This document shows, in pieces, positions 51,393-64,000 of a stretch of 64,000 bases of DNA. The DNA comes from Gracilinanus agilis (taxonomy: Eukaryota). The stretch spans positions 438,041,873-438,105,872 of the forward strand of contig NC_058132.1 of assembly GCF_016433145.1 (NCBI RefSeq). Direction: 5' to 3'. The position numbers were made by a program, and so were the translations under genes. Under the pieces are notes generated by a model, which was not told the origin of the DNA, ran no database searches, and saw only the letters and a program-made list of their open reading frames with translations. Positions within the stretch are counted from its first letter, which is position 1; each line of letters opens with the position of its first letter.

Positions 51393-54074
51393 GTTAATGT
51401 GTATGCATCAAAAACTTCCAAAAAATGCAATATCAGGTAGAATGAGAGAGAAAATACATTTTTAATAATGGTAGTGGTGGTGGTAGTAGTGGTAGGGAAA
51501 TTAGTTTTTTTTCCTTTGGAGTATTCTACTTTTTCAGTTATATGGGCTTATAATGAGTTTTCTGGAATAACTGTGCTAATTTATTAACTTTAGAATCTTA
51601 TTAATTTTCATCTAATACCTACCTAATAACTTGTTCATTTTCTACTTATTCCTGGTGCCTGGCTGCTATTCTGTCTTAAGCCTTCTCAAAAAAGAAGCTA
51701 CTCTTTAAATGATAGGTTTTGGCCATATTAACAGCAGGGAAGATTGTTATTCATTTGCAAGAAGGAACTTGATCATTCTTGGGTTCCAATTAGAGAATGC
51801 CTTAGGGCCCTCTAGGGCTAAACACAAATCGTATCACAACCTGGTAGATCATTTCACATTTCTGTACAAAAAAATTGAGGCTTAAGCATTTTAAGCACTA
51901 GGTTGAAATACATGTACTTTATTCTTTATGTTTAAACTATAACCCCAATTCCAATCTAATTGCATTTCCCAGGGTTAATAACCTTTGTTACCTTGAAGAT
52001 TTTGTCATAAAGAGAACAATGAAAAGTTCTGCTCTGGTTAGCTTGAACATTGATTTTTACTATGGAATTCCTGTGATTATTTTCTTCAGTTCTATGCTAT
52101 TTTTACCCAAGAGAAAAGAGGCACATGCATGGACAATAAGCACATGTTTACACATGTACACACACATGCACACTTTTTTAAACAGGAAGAGAATGGACTT
52201 TTACAAAAATTACATATGGAAAGTCAACCAGAATCTTCATTTTAGATGCATTATGATATAACGGGGAAAGCAACAGTACAGGTCTGCATTTAAGTGTCAG
52301 CTCTGTTACTATGTATTGGGCAAACTATGCAACTTTTCTGAGCTTCAGTCTCCTTATCAATAAAAATAGGAGGAAATTATTTTCTATCCCTCCACTACTG
52401 ATGTAGCTCATTAATAACTACTCCCTTCACCTGCGTAAGATGGCAAACTATGCCCACTTTCTCATATGTTATAACTAGTCTCCATGTCTCCAAAGTCTCC
52501 ATGGAGTACCTTACCAAATGTGATGGATGCCTTCCTCTGGGGTTCTTTTAATATTTCATGAATAGCAGTGCAGCATTCAGACTTTAAATCTGTTATTCTT
52601 CACTTTTTCTACATGACTGACCCACCAGCTCTTCTGGTCATGCTTGTCCTTAGTGATAGCCTGCCTCACCATTTTTCATGTGCAAATCATTGATGGAAGT
52701 CTGCTGCAGCCCACTTAACAGCCACTATGAAATTAAGGTTGTTTTAATCAATCAACAAGCTTTTATAAAGTGACTACCAAGTGTCAGTCACTGTGCTAGG
52801 AGCTGAAGATATAGATACCAAAATCTAATGCGATCATACAAAAAATGTGTTAAAGTTGGAAAACACTCAATATCCAACTTAAACTAAACTGTATATTGGT
52901 TGCTATAGATGCAAGAAATATTGGGAGGTGGCTTTAGTTTGTGAAGAACCCAAGAAATCAATTGTGGTTTGATGCTGTCTTATAATAATTCTGATTATAT
53001 CTATTTGTCTATATACGAATACATATATAGACATATTCAAATTCTTTTCAAATTCAAATAATTTTTCAAATGTATTTATGGCAGCATATATGGGCATATG
53101 CATATATTTAAATAATGTTCTTGTACTAAATGATCCCTAAGGTCTTTTCTAGTTTCAGACATTTTTGTAGAACTATGATTTTTAAGGATTTTTACTCTAT
53201 GAACTGTTCAGTGTTGCAGTCTTTAAGTTTTAAAATGTAAATGGCAATTATTAAATAAGGGATATGAGATTGGCTTAGAAGTATTAATGGTTTGAGACTC
53301 TGACTCTAAATAAAATGAATATGAGTTATTTGCACAATGGGATTATCTTAAAGAGCTTTCCCCAAACTTTGCTTTCTGTACAATGAATGCCTTCATTTAG
53401 GATTTTGCCATATGTCTATTTATTCAGACACTGCTTAGTAATAATGATAAAAATGTGCATACTTTGTTCCATTTTCTCCCATTTCCTTTTCCACATACTT
53501 CCTTTCCCCTAGTTTTACTCTAACTTATTTAATCACATTTTCTAATATCTAATCATGTTTCCAGCCCTCCATTTGGCTCTAATTCCTACTTTCATTTGGT
53601 TTCTCAGTCTACAATCTTGTCAGAAAAACATTTTTCTTTAACTTTGAGAAAGGCATTCTATGTAATATATGTGATTGATGATAATATATATCATATAAAT
53701 ACATGTTTATACAAACACTCAATAGAATATTGTGTAATAGGTAATATATGAATATATGTATTTATTCATGTATATTCTTTATTAATAAGTTGTATACACT
53801 TACAAATATATCCCTTTGTCCCATGAAGGTATTCATGTATATACAAATGTGTATATATACACATTAAGCCTAATTAAGCCCTCCATAAGTTTTTGTAATA
53901 TATAAATTTGAAACTTTCTTACTAAATAACAAGTCATGTATAAAGATAACCTCCAAGGAGCATTATATTCTACAGGACATAGAATAATAACAGGGCTTCT
54001 CTTTGCAACAAATTCATTACCTTATGACAGTTTAAACTTGGTAAAGTAGAATTAGATAAACATTGATTTTTGCT

Positions 54075-54990
54075 TTATTTCTTCTAGTTAATTAATTAAT
54101 CCAAGTCAACTAGCATTTACTAAATGCTTACTTCATGCCAGGTATTTTGCTAAATGCTAGGAATATAAAGCGATGTAAAATAGTCTTTGCCTTCCAGCTA
54201 CTCACATTTTAATAGGAGAGATAAAATGCAAACAGCCATGTATGTATAATATAAAAATAATGAATGGAAGGCTATCTCAGAAGGAAGGCTCTAGCATTGA
54301 GGGGGACATGGAAAGGCTTATTGAAGAAGGTAGAATTTTATCTGAGACCTGAAGTAAGCCAGGAAAGTGAAACAGAACAAACTAGGAAAGCAACTTTTAT
54401 AGGTATATTGAAAACCCAGTGAAAAGGTTGGAAGGGGTACATATTTGAGGAATAGTAAGGCCAGAATTTTTAGATCATAGTGTACATGGAAGAGGGGAAA
54501 GTGTAAGAAGACTGAGAAGATAGGAAGTGCAAGGCTGCAAGGGGTTTGAAAAACCCATTTTATATTTGATCCTGGAGGTAATTGAGAGCCATTGTAGTTG
54601 ATGGAATAATGGGATGATAGGGTCAGATTTATCTTTTAGGAAGATAACTTTGGTAGCTGAATAGGAGGAGATGAAGTTGGGAGAAACTTGAGGAAAGGAG
54701 ATAAAGCAGAAGGTCATTGTATTCCAATAATGGAATAGTGAGAACCTTCACCAGAATGTTGATTGTGACTAAGGACAAAAGGCAGCATCTATGTAGTAAA
54801 GTGAGAAATAATAAGATGACAATAGATCACCTATATGGGATTCATTAGTTAGGAGTTGGAAATGACACTTTGGTTTTGAGCAAAAGAGTCTGGGAGCATG
54901 ACTTGACAGTATGAGAGAATTTTGGAAAATGAGAGGATTTGGGGAGAAATGTAATAAACTATGTTTTGGACATGCTTAGTTTAATATGAA
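54075..54990 (-). mobile_element. L2 3' region
   Basis: caactagcatttactaaatgcttacttcatgccaggtattttgctaaatgctagg...; gggtcagatttatcttttaggaagataactttggtagctg. Confidence 0.7.
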
Positions 54991-55259
54991 TAGAGAGCAT
55001 ACAGTTCCAGATTCATTTTTATCTTTAATAATTCTCTGAACCACTAGCAACCTCACAAATGGGAGTCATGTATGATAGGTTTTTTATACCCTTTATCAAC
55101 TAGTGTTGCCTTAAAGAAAGTCAGTTTTCAGGGGATTCAGAGTGACTCCAAAAGAAGTTTAGACTGGTAAGCAAAAAACAAAAACAACTAGTATTGGTTA
55201 TGCAAAATCTATTATCTATGTGCAAAAGTGTATGTGTATGTAATTAAAACTAATTTTTT

Positions 55260-55375
55260 ATAACCCAGTGAAATTACTTGTCAGCTCTGGGAGAGGGGAG
55301 GAAAGATGGAAGGGAGAGAACATGAATCATGTAACCATGGAAAAATATTCTAAATCAATCAATTAATTTTTAAAA
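55260..55375 (+). mobile_element. Extreme 3' end of an L1
   Basis: ccagtgaaattacttg...gggagagaacatgaatcatgtaaccatggaaaaatattctaaa matches the tails of the L1s at 12400-12480 and 12936-13060. Confidence 0.75.
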
Positions 55376-55441
55376 ATACTTTAAAAACACCCTAATTTTT
55401 CTTCATTCTAACATATCTGTATACGTGTTTATATTCAATAG

Positions 55442-55620
55442 GCCAGAACCAGTTTTGTGGACAAAGGATGGTGGAGAATTACCAGATCCAGACCGAATGG
55501 TTGTGAGTGGTAGGGAGCTAAATATTATTTTCCTAAACAAAACGGATAATGGTACATATCGATGTGAAGCAACAAACACTATTGGCCAAAGCAGTGCAGA
55601 ATATGTCCTGATTGTACATG
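55442..55620 (+). CDS. CADM2: CADM2 internal coding exon, 179 nt, C-half of Ig-like domain 3 (PEPVLWTKDGGELPDPDRMVVSGRELNIIFLNKTDNGTYRCEATNTIGQSSAEYVLIVH)
   Basis: caatag acceptor; GTGAGT donor at 55621; Ig W and D-x-G-x-Y-x-C motifs; phase 2 start completes the TT|G Leu codon from the previous exon. Confidence 0.95.
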
Positions 55621-57780
55621 GTGAGTACCCTTTTAGAATTATTATGAAGATGTGGACTTATAAATTATGTATATTTTATTTAAAGTCCAACTTAATTGTT
55701 ATCCAAATTAAAAGAAAAAATCAAAGAAGCAAGAATTTTTTCAGTAAAGCATTCTTTCAAAGAAATAGTTTGTTTTAATTTCATTAGTTGGATTAATGAG
55801 TCACTTTGCTCTATATCTTTGTATTCTAAATATAAGAGCATATAGTTCTAGTTAAGCATCATGAAAATTGTATTTCCAGCGGATTCTGTGTGGCCATTTT
55901 TTCATGTTTATTCTTTTTTATGTAAGTGGTTTCCAGAGGAATTATATTATTGATGCAGTTATTGATGCAGTGATTACAGAGGCATACATAATCAATAAGA
56001 AATGCTTTAATTTCTCATTAATGTTGGGTTAGAAACTCTTCCAAATGTGAATTGAAAATCTATTCTCCCCGCTCTGTCTCAGGCAATATTGCAGGAAATG
56101 TAGGAGCTTTATAACCCCCCAGGCAAATGCTAAAGTGAAGAGATCCTTTTATCTTTCTTACATCTTACCCAGAAACCAGTAACAGTGTGGTGACATTCTC
56201 AGGGATTGTCCTCTACATCATTGTACCTATAAAGATACACTGAATCCCCAAAATGTTCAGAAATATTTTGTCCATCCTACCTTCACCTTCTGGGGAATTA
56301 CATTGCATGTGGGTGAGGTTTTTTGTTTTTTTCCCTTGGTGGTGTATTTTAGTGAAGAGAATTCTGAACTTATCAGTCCACAAGGTTCAAATTCTATTGT
56401 ATTCACCTAAGAACAAGTCACTTTACCTGCCTGGGACTCAATTTCCTCAGCAAAAATGAAGGCTTTTTCTATCTATAACATTCTATGATCTTGTGATTCT
56501 ATGACTTACCACTGAGTGTAGGTCTTCTACAAGGCAGGGCTCATTTTGAATTAAAAGATTCTTTCAAAAATCATAATTTTTACTTGATATGGACAGGTTC
56601 TTTACATATTGGTTTTGTTCCAGTAAGCATCAGAACTTCCAGAATGTGCAAATCCTCATTTCTTTGACCCTCTTGTATTTTTATTTTTTAATTCCATCTA
56701 ATAGGACCAGGTCTATATGGTCTAAACTCCCAACTTTTCACCTCCACTAAAAGAATGGTATCAGTACACCATTTCAACGTCTCAAGAACAAAACTAATCT
56801 ATGGAATGGGGAACTAGAATACTGGCATCAGTAGAGCACAATGAGTTAGTTCTACCCATAACTTTTAAATGTCCCCTTTACTTAATAGCTAGTCACTAAG
56901 GTTTTAGGGGCATGTTATGTAGCATGTCACAGTGCTGTGAAAGCAATATGCTACAGAAATATAGAGTTAAAAGGGAACTGACAGGAATACAATATAGCTT
57001 TGTGAAAAGTATGCCATCTATATTTTTTTAGTAAGTAATTCAAGTGGAGAAAATGTATATGTTTTTCTAGTGTTTGCAAGCTGGCCAGCAGCATGATTCC
57101 CTAAATAGCCAAGTTACCTTTAGGTAGTTTGGCAGTTGACATATTTCTAATAAATACTTCTCTAAGCACTTTGTATGTAGTCATTTTTGGCTTTGCTTTT
57201 TGATCTACAATTCATCAAAAGCACCCCGTGGATTAATGTTATTCATGCTGCTAGATCAATGCTGTGAAGTTCAACAGTAGTTTACCTAGGATTATTGACA
57301 CAAGTAATGAGAGGCTCATTGAAATACTAAGACTATATTACGTGGTGTTTTTTTTTAAGACTTCATTTAGGTTCATTACAAAATAAAGTTTTCCCCTTTG
57401 CACACTGGGTATAATGTTTCATTAGACACTAGTTGTATAAATATGAAACACTATTCTTTCCTGTTAAAGGTTTAGCCATTTCAAACCCCCTCTAAATGCT
57501 GAAATTTGAGTGGCATTTTAATCTATAATGAATGCTGTATGCATTTTGGAATGGAGTGATAAGTGATCATTTGTGAGAACTTTACCCTTTTTTATCTTTT
57601 ACACCAAGGTTGCTTTTGCATTAGCTGTGATCATTTAATATACCTCCAGCATAGAGGGTTATTTCATGAGCTGATACCCTGTGTCTTTTACTTTCACACA
57701 GTTGCCCAGGCCCTATCGATCCTTAACTTGATGGAGGTCTGTACACTTCCCTATAATACTATCTGTTATCAAGAGCTATT

Positions 57781-60700
57781 CTGTTGGTGAGGTTTTATCT
57801 TTTGGGTTCCAAAGGAAGTTATCACATTTAATTGTATCATGGCTGGCATTTTGTGTTACAAATACTGTAGTAAATCCTAATTACACCTTTGCAAATTCAG
57901 CTTTACAACCACAGCTCACAATTTGAAGCTGTAATCTAAAATTTGCTGCCAGCGAAAAATCTTATGAAAATCAGAGTGCAAAATCCTTTAGCTTGATATT
58001 AGTCACTTATAAAACATTTCCATTGTAGATCTTGAACTAAGTGAAAAACTGGAGATTCTATACTTTTACCAGCATCACTATACATTGCCATCATTTATTA
58101 ATGAGTCCAGAAATCCAAAGCTGAATTTGAACAAGTTCCTTCTAATGACAGGAGAAGCTAGGGACTTTGTAACAATCCAGAAATGTCCCAAAAATTATTA
58201 AAGTAGTCATTTTTAATACTTAAAGAAAAAAGTACAAAAATTTTATACTATATCAGTTTGTTCTTTCTCTTTGTTACAATGCACAATGATGGAATATGTA
58301 AGTGTATTTATTTGAGGTGAGGAGAAAGGAATAAGCACTTATATAGTGGCTACTATATACTAGGCAATGTATTTAGTATTTTAAAAATAATATCTTATTT
58401 GATCCTCATAGCAACTCTTGGAGGTAGATAGTATTATTATCCCCATTTTATAGTTGAGGAAACTGAGCCAAATAGAGGTTAAGTGATTTGCCCAGGGTCA
58501 CAAAGCTAGTAATTGAGGCTGGATTTGAACTTGGGTCTTCCTGACTCAAATTTATCCATTGTGCCACCTGTATGCTTTGTTTCATTCCTATTCTGAATTT
58601 TTGGAAAATCTTGAACAAAGAAATAAGGCTACATACAAGTTTTTTCAGGCATCTGGCATGGCAAAGACTGATAAAACTACATGTATAAGATTAATCCAGA
58701 CCAAAAACACTGAAACAGAGTTTTATTTTATGCAATACACACACACACAGTTTGACTTTATGCACACACACATATTATATATATATATATATATTTGTAT
58801 ATATACAGTTACCTACTGAATATTATCCTCAAAATGTATGTGAAGGGCTGAGACTGATTAGTAAGTAATAATGTACTAAATCAAATTCCCCATAGTAAAT
58901 GCAGGTAGAAAAAGCACATCAAGAACACACAAGCACTTGCATTTTGTTGACAAAGGGAACATAAAACTTGGAGACTGAGGAATTTGTGATGACTTGGCTT
59001 TCATCATAAATAAAATACATGACAACATTTCATTGTGGTTTAGGCATTGGCCTTGAGTCAGGAAGATCTAGATTCAAATGATGCCTCAACCATTTATGAG
59101 CTATGTGATTCTACATGTCACTTAACATCTCTGTTTCTCAGGTTCCTCACTTAAAATGAAAGTATTGGACTCAGTGTCCCCTAATGCTTCTGTCGGTTCC
59201 AAACCTATTACTAGATAGTTGCTTTGAAACTCTAAGACACATGTCCAGTACGAAAGTTTATGATGCTCACAGAAGAATAGAATGTCAAATAATCTGGTTA
59301 CTTCAATATGGTGTTGAGTTCTGAAAGCTTTGGTACACCAGTTTTTCCACAGATAAAAGAAGTTACAGACACATCTTCCACAAATAACATCATAGGAAAT
59401 ATTCTCGATTCCATAAGGATACCAATATAAAAGATAGCTTCATGAAGTCCAACTTTTATTCTTATCTGAAGCAATTATATTTATGACCTAAAATTTGTAT
59501 TTATTTCTGTGTAACTTGGCACAAATGCCAGGTACTGTATATGCATTATTTTAAAAAGTGTGTAAATGGATGCATGTGTGCAGGTATGTTTGTGTGTGTG
59601 TGCATTTTCATCAAAGCAGTGAGTATCAAACTCTTTCCTACCTGAGGAGATATTGAAAGAATCAAATGTAGAACCCAGTGGAGAAATAAAGGTAACAGAG
59701 TAAATTAGTGTTGCAGTAGCAAATTTAAAGTCCAAGTTTAGGAAATACATCTTAGTAGTAGCTCACTTAAGATTCACTCTNNNNNNNNNNNNNNNNNNNN
59801 NNNNNNNNNNNNNNNNNNNNNNNNNNNNNNNNNNNNNNNNNNNNNNNNNNNNNNNNNNNNNNNNNNNNNNNNNNNNNNNNNNNNNNNNNNNNNNNNNNNN
59901 NNNNNNNNNNNNNNNNNNNNNNNNNNNNNNNNNNNNNNNNNNNNNNNNNNNNNNNNNNNNNNNNNNNNNNNNNNAAAAGGAAAGAGAGAGAGTGAGAAAG
60001 GGAGAGGAAGAGGGAGAGGGGAAAAGAAGATTTTTCTCTCACTTGGCATGCCAATTTATTTTTCCTATGATTATGAACTTGAAAAATGTGTTGAAATAGA
60101 TCCTTTAAGGATGTCTGCCTAGTTCTGCCCCAATCCATTCAAATTTTTAAAATATTTAACAAATAAGGACAGTGGTATATCTATATACTTACTTCAATGA
60201 TGTGATAGCAAAATCTTGCCTGTTCTTTAACCAAACTCCCATTGAGTGTTACCCCAACACTCGTGTTGATTCTCTTTAAAAATATATTTAGGAAAATAAG
60301 CATGTAGATCAGTGATTGCTAATCTTTTTCTTTACCATTTGGGGATATTACTAATAAGGTCCAAGATCCTCCCCCCATATATAACCCTTCTGTATTTTTC
60401 CTTCCTTCAGAAAATTTGTGAATTGTTCTCTTAATATCCTCACTGCTCAGATTTCCTCTCTGAATACTTTTCTTCTAATGCAGATACTGCTCATCCATGT
60501 GTTCTCTTTAGTGCCATTTCTACAAGCATATACAGGATTGTAATATTAGTGGTGTTACTACTGTCTTTGACGATGAAAAAGTATGCTTGGAAAATCTTTT
60601 CAGATGTTTTTAATTTTTCTTCTTTTAGCTGTCCTTCCATTTGCAATTGCAAATGCCTTTGGAATGGCTGCTTAATTGGTTCTCTCACTAAATTTTACAT

Positions 60701-60822
60701 TAAATTGTTTTTTCCCTTCACTCCTTCTGTTTTATGTAGTGATACTTCTCACATTCTTCTATCATCCTGTTCTGTAAGATTTTTTACAAATGAGTTCATA
60801 TTCTAACATGGCGTTGACTTTA
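57781..60822 (+). repeat. Copy 1 of a ~3.04-kb tandem duplication (contains a MIR at ~58325-58570 and a 194-N gap)
   Basis: Starts ctgttggtgaggttttatc and ends ggcgttgacttta; near-identical to 60824-63858. Confidence 0.95.
59781..59974. other. Assembly gap (194 N), probably a (CT)/(GA)-rich repeat
   Basis: Run of N flanked by actct and aaaaggaaagagagagag. Confidence 0.97.
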
Positions 60823-60823
60823 N

Positions 60824-63800
60824 CTGTTGGTGAGGTTTTATCTTTTGGGTTCCAAAGGAAGTTATCACATTTAATTGTATCATGGCTGGCATTTTGTGTT
60901 ACAAATACTGTAGTAAATCCTAATTACACCTTTGCAAATTCAGCTTTACAACCACAGCTCACAATTTGAAGCTGTAATCTAAAATTTGCTGCCAGCGAAA
61001 AATCTTATGAAAATCAGAGTGCAAAATCCTTTAGCTTGATATTAGTCACTTATAAAACATTTCCATTGTAGATCTTGAACTAAGTGAAAAACTGGAGATT
61101 CTATACTTTTACCAGCATCACTATACATTGCCATCATTTATTAATGAGTCCAGAAATCCAAAGCTGAATTTGAACAAGTTCCTTCTAATGACAGGAGAAG
61201 CTAGGGACTTTGTAACAATCCAGAAATGTCCCAAAAATTATTAAAGTAGTCATTTTTAATACTTAAAGAAAAAAGTACAAAAATTTTATACTATATCAGT
61301 TTGTTCTTTCTCTTTGTTACAATGCACAATGATGGAATATGTAAGTGTATTTATTTGAGGTGAGGGGAAAGGAATAAGCACTTATATAGTGGCTACTATA
61401 TACTAGGCAATGTATTTAGTATTTTAAAAATAATATCTTATTTGATCCTCATAGCAACTCTTGGAGGTAGATAGTATTATTATCCCCATTTTATAGTTGA
61501 GGAAACTGAGCCAAATAGAGGTTAAGTGATTTGCCCAGGGTCACAAAGCTAGTAATTGAGGCTGGATTTGAACTTGGGTCTTCCTGACTCAAATTTATCC
61601 ATTGTGCCACCTGTATGCTTTGTTTCATTCCTATTCTGAATTTTTGGAAAATCTTGAACAAAGAAATAAGGCTACATACAAGTTTTTTCAGGCATCTGGC
61701 ATGGCAAAGACTGATAAAACTACATGTATAAGATTAATCCAGACCAAAAACACTGAAACAGAGTTTTATTTTATGCAATACACACACACACAGTTTGACT
61801 TTATGCAACACACACATATTATATATATATATATATATTTGTATATATACAGTTACCTACTGAATATTATCCTCAAAATGTATGTGAAGGGCTGAGACTG
61901 ATTAGTAAGTAATAATGTACTAAATCAAATTCCCCATAGTAAATGCAGGTTGAAAAAGCACATCAAGAACACACAAGCACTTGCATTTTGTTGACAAAGG
62001 GAACATAAAACTTGGAGACTGAGGAATTTGTGATGACTTGGCTTTCATCATAAATAAAATACATGACAACATTTCATTGTGGTTTAGGCATTGGCCTTGA
62101 GTCAGGAAGATCTAGATTCAAATGATGCCTCAACCATTTATGAGCTATGTGATTCTACATGTCACTTAACATCTCTGTTTCTCAGGTTCCTCACTTAAAA
62201 TGAAAGTATTGGACTCAGTGTCCCCTAATGCTTCTGTCGGTTCCAAACCTATTACTAGATAGTTGCTTTGAAACTCTAAGACATATGTCCAGTACGAAAG
62301 TTTATGATGCTCACAGAAGAATAGAATGTCAAATAATCTGGTTACTTCAATATGGTGTTGAGTTCTGAAAGCTTTGGTACACCAGTTTTTCCACAGATAA
62401 AAGAAGTTACAGACACATCTTCCACAAATAACATCATAGGAAATATTCTCGATTCCATAAGGATACCAATATAAAAGATAGCTTCATGAAGTCCAACTTT
62501 TATTCTTATCTGAAGCAATTATATTTATGACCTAAAATTTGTATTTATTTCTGTGTAACTTGGCACAAATGCCAGGTACTGTATATGCATTATTTTAAAA
62601 AGTGTGTAAATGGATGCATGTGTGCAGGTATGTTTGTGTGTGTGTGCATTTTCATCAAAGCAGTGAGTATCAAACTCTTTTCCTACCTGAGGAGATATTG
62701 AAAGAATCAAATGTAGAACCCAGTGGAGAAATAAAGGTAACAGAGTAAATTAGTGTTGCAGTAGCAAATTTAAAGTCCAAGTTTAGGAAATACATCTTAG
62801 TAGTAGCTCACTTAAGATTCACTCTNNNNNNNNNNNNNNNNNNNNNNNNNNNNNNNNNNNNNNNNNNNNNNNNNNNNNNNNNNNNNNNNNNNNNNNNNNN
62901 NNNNNNNNNNNNNNNNNNNNNNNNNNNNNNNNNNNNNNNNNNNNNNNNNNNNNNNNNNNNNNNNNNNNNNNNNNNNNNNNNNNNNNNNNNNNNNNNNNNN
63001 NNNNNNNNNAAAAGGAAAGAGAGAGAGTGAGAAAGGGAGAGGAAGAGGGAGAGGGGAAAAGAAGATTTTTCTCTCACTTGGCATGCCAATTTATTTTTCC
63101 TATGATTATGAACTTGAAAAATGTGTTGAAATAGATCCTTTAAGGATGTCTGCCTAGTTCTGCCCCAATCCATTCAAATTTTTAAAATATTTAACAAATA
63201 AGGACAGTGGTATATCTATATACTTACTTCAATGATGTGATAGCAAAATCTTGCCTGTTCTTTAACCAAACTCCCATTGAGTGTTACCCCAACACTCGTG
63301 TTGATTCTCTTTAAAAATATATTTAGGAAAATAAGCATGTAGATCAGTGATTGCTAATCTTTTTCTTTACCATTTGGGGATATTACTAATAAGGTCCAAG
63401 ATCCTCCCCCCCATATATAACCCTTCTGTATTTTTCCTTCCTTCAGAAAATTTGTGAATTGTTCTCTTAATATCCTCACTGCTCAGATTTCCTCTCTGAA
63501 TACTTTTCTTCTAATGCAGATACTGCTCATCCATGTGTTCTCTTTAGTGCCATTTCTACAAGCATATACAGGATTGTAATATTAGTGGTGTTACTACTGT
63601 CTTTGACGATGAAAAAGTATGCTTGGAAAATCTTTTCAGATGTTTTTAATTTTTCTTCTTTTAGCTGTCCTTCCATTTGCAATTGCAAATGCCTTTGGAA
63701 TGGCTGCTTAATTGGTTCTCTCACTAAATTTTACATTAAATTGTTTTTTCCCTTCACTCCTTCTGTTTTATGTAGTGATACTTCTCACATTCTTCTATCA

Positions 63801-63858
63801 TCCTGTTCTGTAAGATTTTTTACAAATGAGTTCATATTCTAACATGGCGTTGACTTTA
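60824..63858 (+). repeat. Copy 2 of the ~3.04-kb tandem duplication
   Basis: Joined to copy 1 by a single N at 60823; I count 3 substitutions and 3 one-base indels relative to copy 1. Confidence 0.95.
62826..63009. other. Assembly gap (184 N) at the same position as in copy 1
   Basis: Run of N with identical flanks. Confidence 0.97.
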
Positions 63859-64000
63859 GCTGCCCTTTCTTTCCCTTTGACAAGAAAGAAAGCATTTATT
63901 AAGGGACTTTTAAAAGGGCACTTTTTATACAGATAGTCACATCTAAAATACATATGCATATACACATATATAATGGACTAAAATTGTAGTGCTTTCCACA

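Noticed and set aside
55425-55441. N-terminal extension MFIFNR of the 117-aa ORF-track entry
   Set aside because: Starts at a GTG inside the intron; the true exon begins at 55442 after the AG acceptor
59767-63173. ORFs of 90-123 aa spanning the N gaps, and duplicated short ORFs
   Set aside because: Kept open by N codons and repeated only because of the tandem duplication
1-64000. Additional CADM2 exons (preceding Ig2 exon, Thr-rich alternative exon), tRNA/rRNA genes, CRISPR arrays
   Set aside because: Not found on reading; tRNA-like A/B boxes occur only as SINE heads

Overview
AT-rich mammalian DNA, almost all intronic. The young SINEs look like SINE1_Mdo, and with the MAR1 and opossum-type L1 copies this points to a didelphid marsupial. 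Two coding exons of CADM2 (SynCAM2/Necl-3) lie on the + strand at 23330-23420 and 55442-55620, separated by a 32,021-bp intron; together they encode the third Ig-like domain. The rest is layered transposon debris: the 5' end of an L1 with ORF1 (minus strand, carrying a 6x21-bp heptad expansion), a 3.8-kb 5'-truncated L1 with a 697-aa open ORF2 segment, an inverted L1 3' end, SINE1/MAR1/MIR SINEs, L2, CR1/L3 and RTE-related fragments, and LTR-like blocks. The most unusual item is invisible in the ORF track: a heavily decayed Ty3/Gypsy pol fossil on the minus strand at ~45300-48280, in the order protease, RT N-terminus, RNase H, integrase, with the RT core missing and a MIR inserted in the integrase. 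The last 6 kb is a 3.04-kb tandem duplication joined by a single N, probably an assembly artefact. Repeat family names and consensus comparisons are from memory, not database searches. Boundaries of old repeats are approximate.
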